Shown: in pieces, positions 47,848-56,900 of the stretch
Position numbering within the stretch: the stretch's first letter is position 1
Layout: each line of letters opens with the position of its first letter
Source: Candidatus Omnitrophota bacterium
GTDB lineage: Bacteria > Omnitrophota > Omnitrophia > Omnitrophales > Aquincolibacteriaceae
Length of the DNA stretch: 64,000 nucleotides
NCBI GenBank assembly: GCA_003140935.1
Contig: PLLJ01000021.1
Span: forward strand, 4,555 to 68,554
Direction of reading: 5' to 3'
Made by a program: the position numbers and the translations under genes
Notes under the pieces: generated by a model
Told to the model about the DNA's origin: nothing
What the model saw: only the letters and a program-made list of their open reading frames with translations
Databases searched by the model: none

Positions 47848-49421
47848 AGACGGTTTTTCAAGAGCTGAAAAAGAGACTCGGTGATGCGATCTTGGAGGTT
47901 TCTGAGGGGCCGGCGAAAGAATGGCATGTTCTTGCGCTAAAAGATTCGATTCTAAAGATCGCGGAATGCCTCATGGAAGTTTTCGGGATGCGGTTCCTTT
48001 TTCTTTCCGGTTCCGATACAAGAAAAGAAAACGGATCTTTTACTCTCCACTACATTTTTTCCTATGCTCAACAGGACCAGTTTTTAACCGTTCAAACGAA
48101 GGTTGAGGAAAAAGACCCTCGTTTCCCGTCTTTAGCCCATTTCTTGCCGAAGGCTAATTGGCATGAGAGGGAAGTCCAGGACCTTTTGGGACTGATTGCG
48201 GTGGGGCATCCGGACCCCAGGCGTCTTGTCCTTCACGAAGACTGGCCTCAGGGGCTTTTCCCGTTGAGAAAAGATTTTGGATCTCCCAAGAAGATCCCCA
48301 GGGCCGCGGGGGATTATGTTTTTGAGCGCGTCGAAGGAGAGGGGATTTTTGAGATCCCCGTGGGTCCCGTTCATGCGGGGATCATTGAGCCCGGGCATTT
48401 TCGTTTTTCATCGGCTGGGGAAAGCATCCTCAAACTCGAAATCCGTCATTTCTACACGCACAAAGGGACCGAAAAATCAGGCGAGGGGAAATCCCCCGAA
48501 CATCTTCTTTGTCTCGCCGAAAGGATCTCGGGAGATAACTCTTTAGCTCATGCGGTGGCTTGCGCTCAGGCGCTTGAGAACCTGGGACGGATAGAGGTTT
48601 CGCCTCGCGCTCAATTTCTCCGGGTTGTTTTTCTTGAAATGGAACGTCTTCATAATCACATGAGCGACATCGCGGGGATCGCTCTGGATATCGCGTTCAG
48701 TTTTGGCGCGAGCCAGCTGATGCGGATCAAGGAAACTCTTTTAAGGCTCAATGAGCGATTGGCCGGGACGCGTCTCTTGCGGGGTGTGGTCACTTTGGGG
48801 GGTGTCCGTCAAGACATCTCCGAGACTCAAAAGGAGTGGCTTATCCAAGAGATCAAAAAGATCAAAAATGATTTTGACCAGACGATCCAACTCCTTTGGC
48901 AGGTCGATTCCCTGATGGATCGGGTCGAAACAACCGGCACGATCAAGAAAGAAGTGGCGGAGGTTCTGGGCGGTGTCGGACCGGTAGCGAGGGCCTCCGG
49001 CATTGACCGCGATCTCCGGCGGGACCATCCTTACGCGGCGTATAAGGATCTCTTTTTCAGGGTTCCTGTTTTTATGGAGGGCGACGTCGAAAGCCGCATG
49101 AAAGTAAAGGCCCAGGAGGTCTATGAATCCTTCAAGCTGATCTACGACGCCCTTTATGCGATGCCGGCGGGCCCCTTGTGCGGCGCAGTCAAGCCGCTCA
49201 TGCCGTCTCAAAGCGCATTGGGCTATACGGAGTCCCCGCGAGGAGAATGCTTTCATTGGATCTCCACGGACGGTCAGGGAAAGATCTCCCGCTGGAAGAT
49301 CCAATCACCGTCGTTCAGCAATTGGCCGTTGATCGAATATGCCGTCCTGGAGAACATAGTTCCCGATTTCCCACTTATTAACAAAAGTATGAATTTATCT
49401 TATTCCGGGAACGATCGGTAA
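47844..49421 (+). CDS. Fused NuoC-NuoD-like (HycE/HyfG-type) large subunit LACKING the four [NiFe]-ligand cysteines
   Basis: Start MKTVFQ overlaps the upstream stop (ATGA), with GGAGGAG upstream. Where HycE has RxCGxCxxxH, this protein has ERISGDNSLAH. Where HycE has DPCxxCxxR, the C-terminus reads NLSYSGNDR. Overall NuoC (N-terminal) plus NuoD fold motifs (GPVHAGIIEPGHFRF, TESPRGE) are retained. Confidence 0.8.
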   Translation: MKTVFQELKKRLGDAILEVSEGPAKEWHVLALKDSILKIAECLMEVFGMRFLFLSGSDTRKENGSFTLHYIFSYAQQDQFLTVQTKVEEKDPRFPSLAHFLPKANWHEREVQDLLGLIAVGHPDPRRLVLHEDWPQGLFPLRKDFGSPKKIPRAAGDYVFERVEGEGIFEIPVGPVHAGIIEPGHFRFSSAGESILKLEIRHFYTHKGTEKSGEGKSPEHLLCLAERISGDNSLAHAVACAQALENLGRIEVSPRAQFLRVVFLEMERLHNHMSDIAGIALDIAFSFGASQLMRIKETLLRLNERLAGTRLLRGVVTLGGVRQDISETQKEWLIQEIKKIKNDFDQTIQLLWQVDSLMDRVETTGTIKKEVAEVLGGVGPVARASGIDRDLRRDHPYAAYKDLFFRVPVFMEGDVESRMKVKAQEVYESFKLIYDALYAMPAGPLCGAVKPLMPSQSALGYTESPRGECFHWISTDGQGKISRWKIQSPSFSNWPLIEYAVLENIVPDFPLINKSMNLSYSGNDR

Positions 49422-49441
49422 AAAACAAAAAGGGGTTTTGG

Positions 49442-50350
49442 ATGTTTCGAATTCTTAAAAAAAACATAGAAACGGGAAAAGTCACCCTTCCTTACGCGTC
49501 GCTTACGGCGAAAGCCACGGAAGGTTTTCTCGGCGCACCTGAGGTCGATCCCGCAAAATGCACGGGATGCGGAAAATGCGTCATGGCCTGTCCGACCAAG
49601 GCATTGACGATAGCGGATCCTTCGTCCGAGGACAAGCGCTTTTTTCATCTTTCTTATGGAGACTGCATCTTTTGCGGTCTTTGCGGGCCTGTTTGCCCCC
49701 ATCAGGCGATCTCTTTTAAAGGAAAATTCGATCTTGCTGCGCGAACAAAAAAAGAATTATGCCGGGAATTATCTTTTTCTTTATCCGACTGCCGGAAGGA
49801 TGCCGCCTTTATGGCTCAAGGGGCTTTACCGGTAAAGGAGAAGGTGAGGGAAGTCCCCGGGTTTGAGCAAGGTGATTTTGCCGGCCGGATCTCGACGGAA
49901 GAAATAGGTTTGAGATTAAAAGACAAGATCAAACGCCTTTTCGGCCGGTCGCTTCATATCCGCGAGGTTGACGCGGGTTCCTGTAATGCTTGTGAAGTGG
50001 AGATCGTGAATCTTTCGAACCCGGTTTATGATGCGGAGCGGTTCGGCGTTCATTTCGTTGCTTCGCCAAGGCACGCGGATATGCTTCTTGTGACAGGTCC
50101 GGTGACGCGGCAGATGGAGCTGGCACTCGTGAAGACCTACGAAGCAGTCCCTTCTCCCAAGCTCGTTGTGGTTTGTGGAAGTTGTGCGGTCAGTGGCGGG
50201 ATCTTCGAAGGAAATTATGCGGTGGTGGGGGGAGTGGACCGTTCCATCCCCGTGGATGTTTATATCCCCGGATGCCCTCCGCGGCCGGAAGCCATTCTCC
50301 ACGGAATTTTTCTCGCTTTAGATAAGATACCCGCAGTTAAAGAAGATTAG
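49442..50350 (+). CDS. Fusion of HycF/NuoI-like 2x[4Fe-4S] ferredoxin (N-terminal) with HycG/NuoB-like small subunit (C-terminal)
   Basis: Ferredoxin cluster motifs CTGCGKCVMACP and CIFCGLCGPVCP, then GSCNACEVE ... CGSCAVSGG ... GCPPRPE (the four ligands of the proximal [4Fe-4S]). Confidence 0.8.
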   Translation: MFRILKKNIETGKVTLPYASLTAKATEGFLGAPEVDPAKCTGCGKCVMACPTKALTIADPSSEDKRFFHLSYGDCIFCGLCGPVCPHQAISFKGKFDLAARTKKELCRELSFSLSDCRKDAAFMAQGALPVKEKVREVPGFEQGDFAGRISTEEIGLRLKDKIKRLFGRSLHIREVDAGSCNACEVEIVNLSNPVYDAERFGVHFVASPRHADMLLVTGPVTRQMELALVKTYEAVPSPKLVVVCGSCAVSGGIFEGNYAVVGGVDRSIPVDVYIPGCPPRPEAILHGIFLALDKIPAVKED

Positions 50351-50817
50351 CCGGTCTCCTGCCAGATGCTGCCTTTGCGGTCAATCTTGACAACGTTTGC
50401 GATCTTGATCTTAAGAACTATGAACTTCTTGCCCATTTCCAGTTCGTAATGATCGTGAGTTTTCCCGCTCTGGACACCTTCAATGACCCGGGTCGTGGCC
50501 ATCTTGACAAGTTTTTTATCCCATTCTTTGAAGACGTTTTTAAAGACCTTTCCTTTTTCGATCAGTTTCGCCGTGCCATTCAGGCGGTAAGCCTCGAGAC
50601 TGTCCATGTCCATGAAAGAGACCGAGACCCTCGGATTTTCCTTGAGGTTCGTTACCGTTTTTCCGAAAACATAATCAATGAGATAAATGAAATCCCCTTT
50701 GGCGCGGAAGAAGAACTTTGGGGCAGTATTCGGCCCTCCGTCCGGGGTCACTGTGGCGACCGAGACGAATTCCCGTTTTCCAAGAAGCTCGATGATCTTA
50801 TCTGTGATCGCGGCCAT
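50347..50817 (-). CDS. Pyridoxamine 5'-phosphate oxidase-like FMN-binding split-barrel protein
   Basis: 156 aa. REFVSVATVTPDGGPNTAPKFF and overall pattern match the PNPOx-like/general stress protein 26 family. Confidence 0.65.
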   Translation of the reverse strand: MAAITDKIIELLGKREFVSVATVTPDGGPNTAPKFFFRAKGDFIYLIDYVFGKTVTNLKENPRVSVSFMDMDSLEAYRLNGTAKLIEKGKVFKNVFKEWDKKLVKMATTRVIEGVQSGKTHDHYELEMGKKFIVLKIKIANVVKIDRKGSIWQETG

Positions 50818-50974
50818 AAAAGTCCTTTGAGGCTTTTATTATACCTCAATTCAGCTTAAAGGATGCAAGACTCGTGCCAACTGAGAACTCGTCACCCGGG
50901 AAACGCAGAACGGGGAACGTTTTCGTGCGACGTTTCCCATTCCACGGAGAGGCTGTCTTCTCTATAATGCTGTC

Positions 50975-52123
50975 ATGCGCGGCCTCTATGTCCACATCCC
51001 CTTTTGTCAAACACGGTGTCATTATTGCAATTTTGTAACCACGGCGGACCATTCTCCCGGTCTGCGTGAGCGATTTTTGGCAGCGGTTTCAACGGAAACA
51101 AAGCATGTGCGTGACCGTTACGGACGACTTTCATTTGACACGCTTTATCTCGGCGGCGGAACACCTTCGAGTTTGAACATTCCGGAACTGAGGCGGCTGG
51201 TCGAAGGCGTTCGTTCAGTGTTCGAGTTCAAGAACGGATATGAATTCACTCTCGAACTCAATCCGGGCGACGGCGATGAGACGAAGCTGAAAGCGTTTCG
51301 CGAGATCGGCGTGAATCGTATCAGTCTCGGCTGCCAGTCGTTCCGGGACGCGATCCTCAAAAAACTCGGCCGGAGGCATACGGTCCGGGATATCGCAGAA
51401 ACAGCTTCAAAAATACGACAAGCCGGGATCCTCAACGTCAGCTTCGATCTTATGTTGCGTTTGCCGGGCCAAACCGTCGAGGATTTTCGCGGTTCCGTGC
51501 GCCGATGCATCGAACTTAGGGCCTCACAAGTTTCACTTTACGATCTGGAGGTCCATGAGGGAACTCCGTTCGGGCAATCTCTCAAAGAGGGGGAGTTGGA
51601 TCTTCCGGGGGAAGAAGATCATGCCCGGATGTACGAAAGCGCGATCGAGATGCTCACAAGCGCCGGCTATGAACATTACGAGATCTCTAATTTTGCAAAG
51701 CCGGAGTTGGCATCCCGGCATAATCTCATCTATTGGCACAATCAGGAATATCTGGGTCTGGGTCCCGGGGCTTTTACTTATCTGAGCGGGATCCGCTCGC
51801 AGTTCGCATGGGATCTTGCGCGGTATTTTGAAAAATGTGAGGCCACAGATTGGAAAAACGACGTCGAAGACCGGCTTTCGGAAGAGGAGAAAGAGACCGA
51901 ATCTTTGGTCACGGGACTCCGGCTCTGCGAAGGTATCGCGCCCGCTTCATTTCCGAAGATCTATCCGGCGTTAAAAGACCGCCTTCAAACCCTTTATGAC
52001 GAAGGTCTCATAGAGATTTTTGGAGGAAAGAGCCGGCTCACCACTCGCGGAAAATTCCTTTCCGAGGATGTTTTCGCTTTTTTGCTCCTCAAGGGCGCCT
52101 CTTCAACAGCGACTCCCTTGTGA
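50975..52123 (+). CDS. hemW: Radical SAM heme chaperone HemW (coproporphyrinogen III oxidase-like)
   Basis: LYVHIPFCQTRCHYCNF (CxxxCxxC with the HemN/HemW-specific context), GGGTPS, 382 aa. Confidence 0.8.
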   Translation: MRGLYVHIPFCQTRCHYCNFVTTADHSPGLRERFLAAVSTETKHVRDRYGRLSFDTLYLGGGTPSSLNIPELRRLVEGVRSVFEFKNGYEFTLELNPGDGDETKLKAFREIGVNRISLGCQSFRDAILKKLGRRHTVRDIAETASKIRQAGILNVSFDLMLRLPGQTVEDFRGSVRRCIELRASQVSLYDLEVHEGTPFGQSLKEGELDLPGEEDHARMYESAIEMLTSAGYEHYEISNFAKPELASRHNLIYWHNQEYLGLGPGAFTYLSGIRSQFAWDLARYFEKCEATDWKNDVEDRLSEEEKETESLVTGLRLCEGIAPASFPKIYPALKDRLQTLYDEGLIEIFGGKSRLTTRGKFLSEDVFAFLLLKGASSTATPL

Positions 52124-52144
52124 TCCCTGCGGCCCGCGACGCGT

Positions 52145-52894
52145 CTATTTTTTGGCTTTTCCCTGATTTGCCACCGCATCCATGGCGGCTTTGATCTTTT
52201 CGGGGTCGCCCAGATAATAATGCTTTATGGGCTTGAGGTTCTCATCGAGCTCGTAAACAAGCGGGATGCCGGTCGGGATGTTCATGCCGAGGATCTCCTG
52301 CTCTGAGATATTGTCCAAATATTTCACAAGCGCGCGGAGGCTGTTGCCATGCGCCGCAATGAGCACCCTTTTCCCGGCCCGGATCATTGGGGAGACGACA
52401 TCATGCCAGAAGGGAAGGACGCGGGCGACCGTGTCTTTGAGGCATTCCGTGAGCGGAAGATCACTTTTCCTGAAACTCTGGTAACGCGGGTCCTTGGCCG
52501 GATTCCGGGGATCTGTTTTCTCAAGCGCCGGCGGCGGGACGTCATAACTCCGGCGCCAGATCTTGACCTGTTCTTCGCCGTACTTGGCCGCGGTCTCGGA
52601 TTTATTCAGCCCTTGCAGGGAACCATAATGGCGTTCGTTCAACCGCCAGTCCCGGATGACTGGGATCCACATAAGATCCATCTGATCGAGGACGATCCAG
52701 AGCGTCCGGATGGCGCGTTTCAGGACCGAAGTGAACGCGATATCGAAAACGTAGCCTTCTTTTTTAAGGAGCTGACCGCCGTCTTTGGCTTCCGCGAGGC
52801 CTTTTTCCGATAGATCCACGTCATACCAGCCGGTGAACCGGTTCTCTTTATTCCAGATGCTTTCTCCATGACGGATCAAAACGAGTTTATGCAT
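52145..52894 (-). CDS. gpmA: 2,3-bisphosphoglycerate-dependent phosphoglycerate mutase
   Basis: Start at [23 protein letters not shown] (catalytic His in RHGES), 249 aa. Confidence 0.9.
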   Translation of the reverse strand: MHKLVLIRHGESIWNKENRFTGWYDVDLSEKGLAEAKDGGQLLKKEGYVFDIAFTSVLKRAIRTLWIVLDQMDLMWIPVIRDWRLNERHYGSLQGLNKSETAAKYGEEQVKIWRRSYDVPPPALEKTDPRNPAKDPRYQSFRKSDLPLTECLKDTVARVLPFWHDVVSPMIRAGKRVLIAAHGNSLRALVKYLDNISEQEILGMNIPTGIPLVYELDENLKPIKHYYLGDPEKIKAAMDAVANQGKAKK

Positions 52895-53149
52895 AATAGC
52901 TATCTCCGGGTAACAGGGTTGATAAAGATTGAACAACAGGGGGGGAATATATCAGCTAGAAGGCCGAAAGCAAAGGTCAAAAACACCCATTGACCCTAAG
53001 ACGGTAATCTCTATAATTGGGGCTTCCAGAAGTGGTTTTTTTACTCTTTAACAGGTTATTCCCCTATCCTAAAGGACTGCGGGCAATGGCTTGTTCATGA
53101 ATCATGGAAAGTGACCGGCATATCGGTCACATGTTTTTTAAAAGATCAT

Positions 53150-53225
53150 TCCCCTGTAGCTCAGCTGGTAGAGCATGCGGCTGTTAACCGCAGTGTCCCT
53201 GGTTCGATCCCAGGCGGGGGAGCCA
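53150..53225 (+). tRNA. tRNA-Asn (anticodon GTT)
   Basis: Cloverleaf readable by eye: acceptor TCCCCTG/CGGGGGA, D-arm GCTC-AGCTGGTA-GAGC, anticodon arm TGCGG-CTGTTAA-CCGCA (GTT), T-arm CCTGG-TTCGATC-CCAGG, discriminator G plus CCA. Confidence 0.85.
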
Positions 53226-54803
53226 TTCCTTAACTTCCGGCGCACCAGCGCCGGAAGGGTTAGTCGTAGGTGGAAATTGCCCTTTTTGAGCTTCGTGCTC
53301 GAAGAGGGCAATTTCTATTTCTGAAGGTGTCCACGTTACCCGTTCCACAAACAAAGGCAGCAATTCCTTCATCTCCGCAGGATCAGCCGCTTCGTAGATC
53401 TGGCTGAATTTTGTCAGGGATTCATACATGATCCGGGCATTCATGGTCTGTTGCTGGATCTGCCCGATCTCAAAGTCAATATTCTGGATATCTTTCCCGA
53501 TCTGGTCTTTCTGGTCCTCAAGCTCACGAAGCTCTTCCGTGATCGATCTATTGATCTTGAGATCCGAATGGGAGGAGATGTTGTGCAGGATGTTCTTGAT
53601 CTTGCCTTTGATCCCGGTGAGCTTGATCTCCTGATGTTTCCTGTCTTTCTTTAATCCGACAAGACTGGATCCGGTATCCTTATTAGCTTCGTCTACTATC
53701 TTCTGAACCCTCTGTTTGTCGGTGCTCATCTTTTTGATCTCGCTTAATACAGCATTTTCCAGTTGGATCGCAGGCGCATACTTCATCTTGCAGGCAGATT
53801 TCCCGCTATTGGCATTGCGCGTACACTGATAGTAGTAGCAAAGTCCGTTTCTTCCGGTGCAGTACTTGGTAGACATGTAGTTTCCGCACCAGCCGCACTT
53901 AAGAAGCCCCTGGAGGAGGAACACATGCTTGACCTTCCGCTTGGGGTTGGTCCTTTTGGGAGCCTGTAGCTGGATCTTCCGGTTCACGTCGTGCCACAGC
54001 TCTTGGGTGACGATCGGAGGGTGCTGGCCGTTGTAAACTTTTTCGAGTTGCTTGATCTCCCCTAGATAAAGAGGATTGCTCAGGATATGCAGGACATTCT
54101 GGTTATAAAATGAGGAACCGCCTTTTTTAGAGTTCTTCCTTTTGGAGACGTATTCTTTTGTGCGATAACCATGCTCGTTGAGGAACTCCACGACCTTAAG
54201 GACGGAGCCCTTCTCCAGATATTTGTTAAAGATCAGGTTGACGAACTTCGCTTCCTGTTTATTTACGACAAGTTTTTTGTCGACAAGGTCATAGCCCAGC
54301 ACGTGTCCGCCATTCCAGAGCCCCTGCTGAGCCCGCCAAAGAAGCTTGTCCTTCGTTCGCTTGGAGGTCTGCTCTCGCTCCAGCTCAGCCCAGACAAGTG
54401 TCATCTTAAGCATTGCCTGCCCCATGGGAGTGGAGGTGTCGAAACCTTCCTCAAGCGAGATGAAATCGGCGTTGTGCCTTTTGAAGGTATCGCTCAGCTT
54501 GTAGAAATCAATGAGAGAGCGGGTGATGCGATCGATCTTGGTGCAGAGGACCGTGTTGATCCTGCCGTCTTTCACATCAGAGAGAAGTTCTTGCAGAGCG
54601 GGTCTGTCAGTATTCTTCCCGGACTTGCCTTCTTCACGGTAGACGCGGACCAGCTTCCATTTTGCGGAATCGTCGCTTCCCGGAACTTCACGGAATTTGA
54701 CGTACTGCTTGAGCCTGTCCGTTTGTGTATCAAGGGATCCGTCGCGTAATTCCGCCTGGCGCTCCGTAGAGACTCTGACATATAAACCGCACAGCTTGGC
54801 CAT
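53184..54803 (-). CDS. Large serine recombinase (resolvase/invertase N-terminal domain plus recombinase and Zn-ribbon/coiled-coil C-terminal regions); probable island integrase
   Basis: N-terminal LCGLYVRVSTERQ (catalytic Ser in the resolvase motif), 539 aa. The 3' end of the gene overlaps the last ~40 nt of tRNA-Asn. Confidence 0.85.
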   Translation of the reverse strand: MAKLCGLYVRVSTERQAELRDGSLDTQTDRLKQYVKFREVPGSDDSAKWKLVRVYREEGKSGKNTDRPALQELLSDVKDGRINTVLCTKIDRITRSLIDFYKLSDTFKRHNADFISLEEGFDTSTPMGQAMLKMTLVWAELEREQTSKRTKDKLLWRAQQGLWNGGHVLGYDLVDKKLVVNKQEAKFVNLIFNKYLEKGSVLKVVEFLNEHGYRTKEYVSKRKNSKKGGSSFYNQNVLHILSNPLYLGEIKQLEKVYNGQHPPIVTQELWHDVNRKIQLQAPKRTNPKRKVKHVFLLQGLLKCGWCGNYMSTKYCTGRNGLCYYYQCTRNANSGKSACKMKYAPAIQLENAVLSEIKKMSTDKQRVQKIVDEANKDTGSSLVGLKKDRKHQEIKLTGIKGKIKNILHNISSHSDLKINRSITEELRELEDQKDQIGKDIQNIDFEIGQIQQQTMNARIMYESLTKFSQIYEAADPAEMKELLPLFVERVTWTPSEIEIALFEHEAQKGQFPPTTNPSGAGAPEVKEWLPRLGSNQGHCG

Positions 54804-55036
54804 TTTTCCTCCGGGGTTGAATAATGGATCTCGATGCGCTATACTTAGCTAAGCAACAGTTATTATAAAGCATCGATAAGGAGAAATCAATCAAATGAGG
54901 AAGTTCACGTTTTGCCCCGCAATCTGCTACACTACAGCTATGATTTTATTCATGTTTGACTATCCTGTATGGACATGTTAGATTATATTTAAACCAAACA
55001 TCGAATTAAGCATATTAAAAACGTAGGATGACAACT

Positions 55037-55813
55037 ATGGATAGTCAAAAAGCAAGTAAGATAAACCAACTCATGAAAGCATGGCCGAAAGGGACTGTAG
55101 CCGTTTATAGCTGGCTGGCCTCCCAGGGGGTTTACCGCCAATTGGCCGGCAGTTATATCAAGGGATCCTGGATCGACCGGATCGGGCGCGGAGCTTTCAA
55201 GCGGGCGGGTGAAAAAGCGGACTGGACCGGCGCGCTCTATGCCATGCAGACACAACTGAAACTCTCGGTGCACGCGGCCGGAAAAACGGCGCTTGGGTTA
55301 CAAGGGTATGCGCACTATGTGCCCATGGGCGCCGGTCAGACGGTCGTTCTTTTCGGGAGTCCCACTGAGAAACTTCCGGAGTGGTTCCGGCGTTATGACT
55401 GGAAAATGAAACCGAGATACACCGCGACAGGATTCCTGGACGTCAAAAAGAGCACGGGCCTTGCCGATCACGCGCTGGGTGATTATTCGATAAAGATCTC
55501 TTCACCCGAGCGGGCGCTACTCGAGGTCTGCTACGATGTGCCTGACGAAGAATCCTATGAGGAAGCCGGTCTCTTGATGGAAGGCCTGACGACATTGCGT
55601 TCCGAGCTGGTCCGGGAGCTTCTAAAAGAGTGCCGCTCCGTCAAGGCAAAGCGCCTTTTCATGCATCTGGCTGAAAAACAGGGTCATGCCTGGGTGAAGA
55701 AGCTCGATCTCAAGAGGGTCGACTTCGGCAGTGGTAAGCGCATGATCGGCAAGCACGGAACCTATGACGCGAAATACAAGATCGTGGTGCCTGTGGCAAA
55801 AGAGGGAACATGA
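55037..55813 (+). CDS. AbiEi family antitoxin-like protein (type IV TA / abortive infection)
   Basis: The N-terminal region resembles the AbiEi_4 winged-helix domain. Immediately upstream of, and overlapping (ATGA), an AbiEii-type nucleotidyltransferase. The ATG at 55028 is an alternative start. Confidence 0.65.
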   Translation: MDSQKASKINQLMKAWPKGTVAVYSWLASQGVYRQLAGSYIKGSWIDRIGRGAFKRAGEKADWTGALYAMQTQLKLSVHAAGKTALGLQGYAHYVPMGAGQTVVLFGSPTEKLPEWFRRYDWKMKPRYTATGFLDVKKSTGLADHALGDYSIKISSPERALLEVCYDVPDEESYEEAGLLMEGLTTLRSELVRELLKECRSVKAKRLFMHLAEKQGHAWVKKLDLKRVDFGSGKRMIGKHGTYDAKYKIVVPVAKEGT

Positions 55814-56730
55814 AGAACAGCCTCTATTACAAACAAGCCGATCTTCTGATCCGCATCCTTCCGCATGTCGCGGAAGAACCCGATTTTGCCCTGCACGGCG
55901 GCACAGCCATTAATTTTTTCGTTCGCGGTCTCCCAAGACTGTCCGTGGATATCGATCTTACCTACCTTCCCGTGGAATCCCGGGAGGATACACTCCGTCA
56001 TATCGGGGAGAAACTCCGGATCATCGCGCAAAAGATCAGAAAGACCATCTCCGGAGTCAGGGTCGAAGAGAAGATCGACAAAACAAGCGGTGCCGTTACC
56101 AAGCTTTTTGCGAACCAGCAGGGAGCCCTTGTGAAGATCGAACCCAATCTGATCATCCGGGGAGCCGTTTCTGCCTGCGAGGAAAGGGAACTTTCAAAAG
56201 AAGCGAGAGACTTCTTCGAGAAATCCGTGAGCGTAAAGATGCTTTCTTTCCAGGACCTTTACGGCAGCAAGATATGCGCGGCATTGGACCGGCAGCATTC
56301 CCGGGATTTTTTCGATGTGAAGATACTCCTGGAGAACGAGGGGATCACCGACGCGGTCCGGAAGTCTTTTCTGGTCTATCTGATCAGCCATAACCGGCCC
56401 ATGTATGAAGTCCTGGCGCCTCGTCTGAAAGACCTCCGGCCTGTTTTTGAGAAAGAATTCTTGGGGATGACCCGGATCGCCGTGACCTGCGAAGAGCTCG
56501 AACGCGTCCGGAAAGAACTGATCGCGAAGGTCCGGAGCATGCTCACCCCGGATGAACGCGAATTTTTAATGTCCTTCAAGGAAAGAACCCCGAAATGGCA
56601 GCTTCTTGGGGTGGAGGGCGCCGAGCGGTTGCCCGCCGTACGCTGGAAGCTGGCCAATCTCGAAAAAATCGAGCGCGGAAAACATAAGGTCACCGTGGCG
56701 CGGCTAAAAAAAGCTTTAGAACTTTCCTGA
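55810..56730 (+). CDS. AbiEii/AbiGii family nucleotidyltransferase toxin (DUF1814)
   Basis: ALHGGTAINFF...RLSVDIDLTY is the nucleotidyltransferase GS...DxD-type motif of AbiEii. 306 aa. Confidence 0.75.
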   Translation: MKNSLYYKQADLLIRILPHVAEEPDFALHGGTAINFFVRGLPRLSVDIDLTYLPVESREDTLRHIGEKLRIIAQKIRKTISGVRVEEKIDKTSGAVTKLFANQQGALVKIEPNLIIRGAVSACEERELSKEARDFFEKSVSVKMLSFQDLYGSKICAALDRQHSRDFFDVKILLENEGITDAVRKSFLVYLISHNRPMYEVLAPRLKDLRPVFEKEFLGMTRIAVTCEELERVRKELIAKVRSMLTPDEREFLMSFKERTPKWQLLGVEGAERLPAVRWKLANLEKIERGKHKVTVARLKKALELS

Positions 56731-56900
56731 AATATCAACGGCGCAATCGGCGATCTTCCCTTCAAAAGTGGTCCTTTTTTCTATCCGTTCGCGATTAGAG
56801 AAATTTCTTAAAACTCTCCTCAAAGGGGTTAGAATACGCGCGTAGCGGCAGTGTGATAAGTAGCGGCCAACATGGAGACAATTAAAATAGGGAAGAGTGT

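Noticed and set aside
42734-50350. Calling the operon a functional formate hydrogenlyase/hydrogenase-4
   Set aside because: The large subunit lacks all four NiFe-ligand cysteines. There are no hyp/hycI maturation genes or formate dehydrogenase partner in the window. It is therefore annotated as hydrogenase-related (Ehr-like), not as a hydrogenase.
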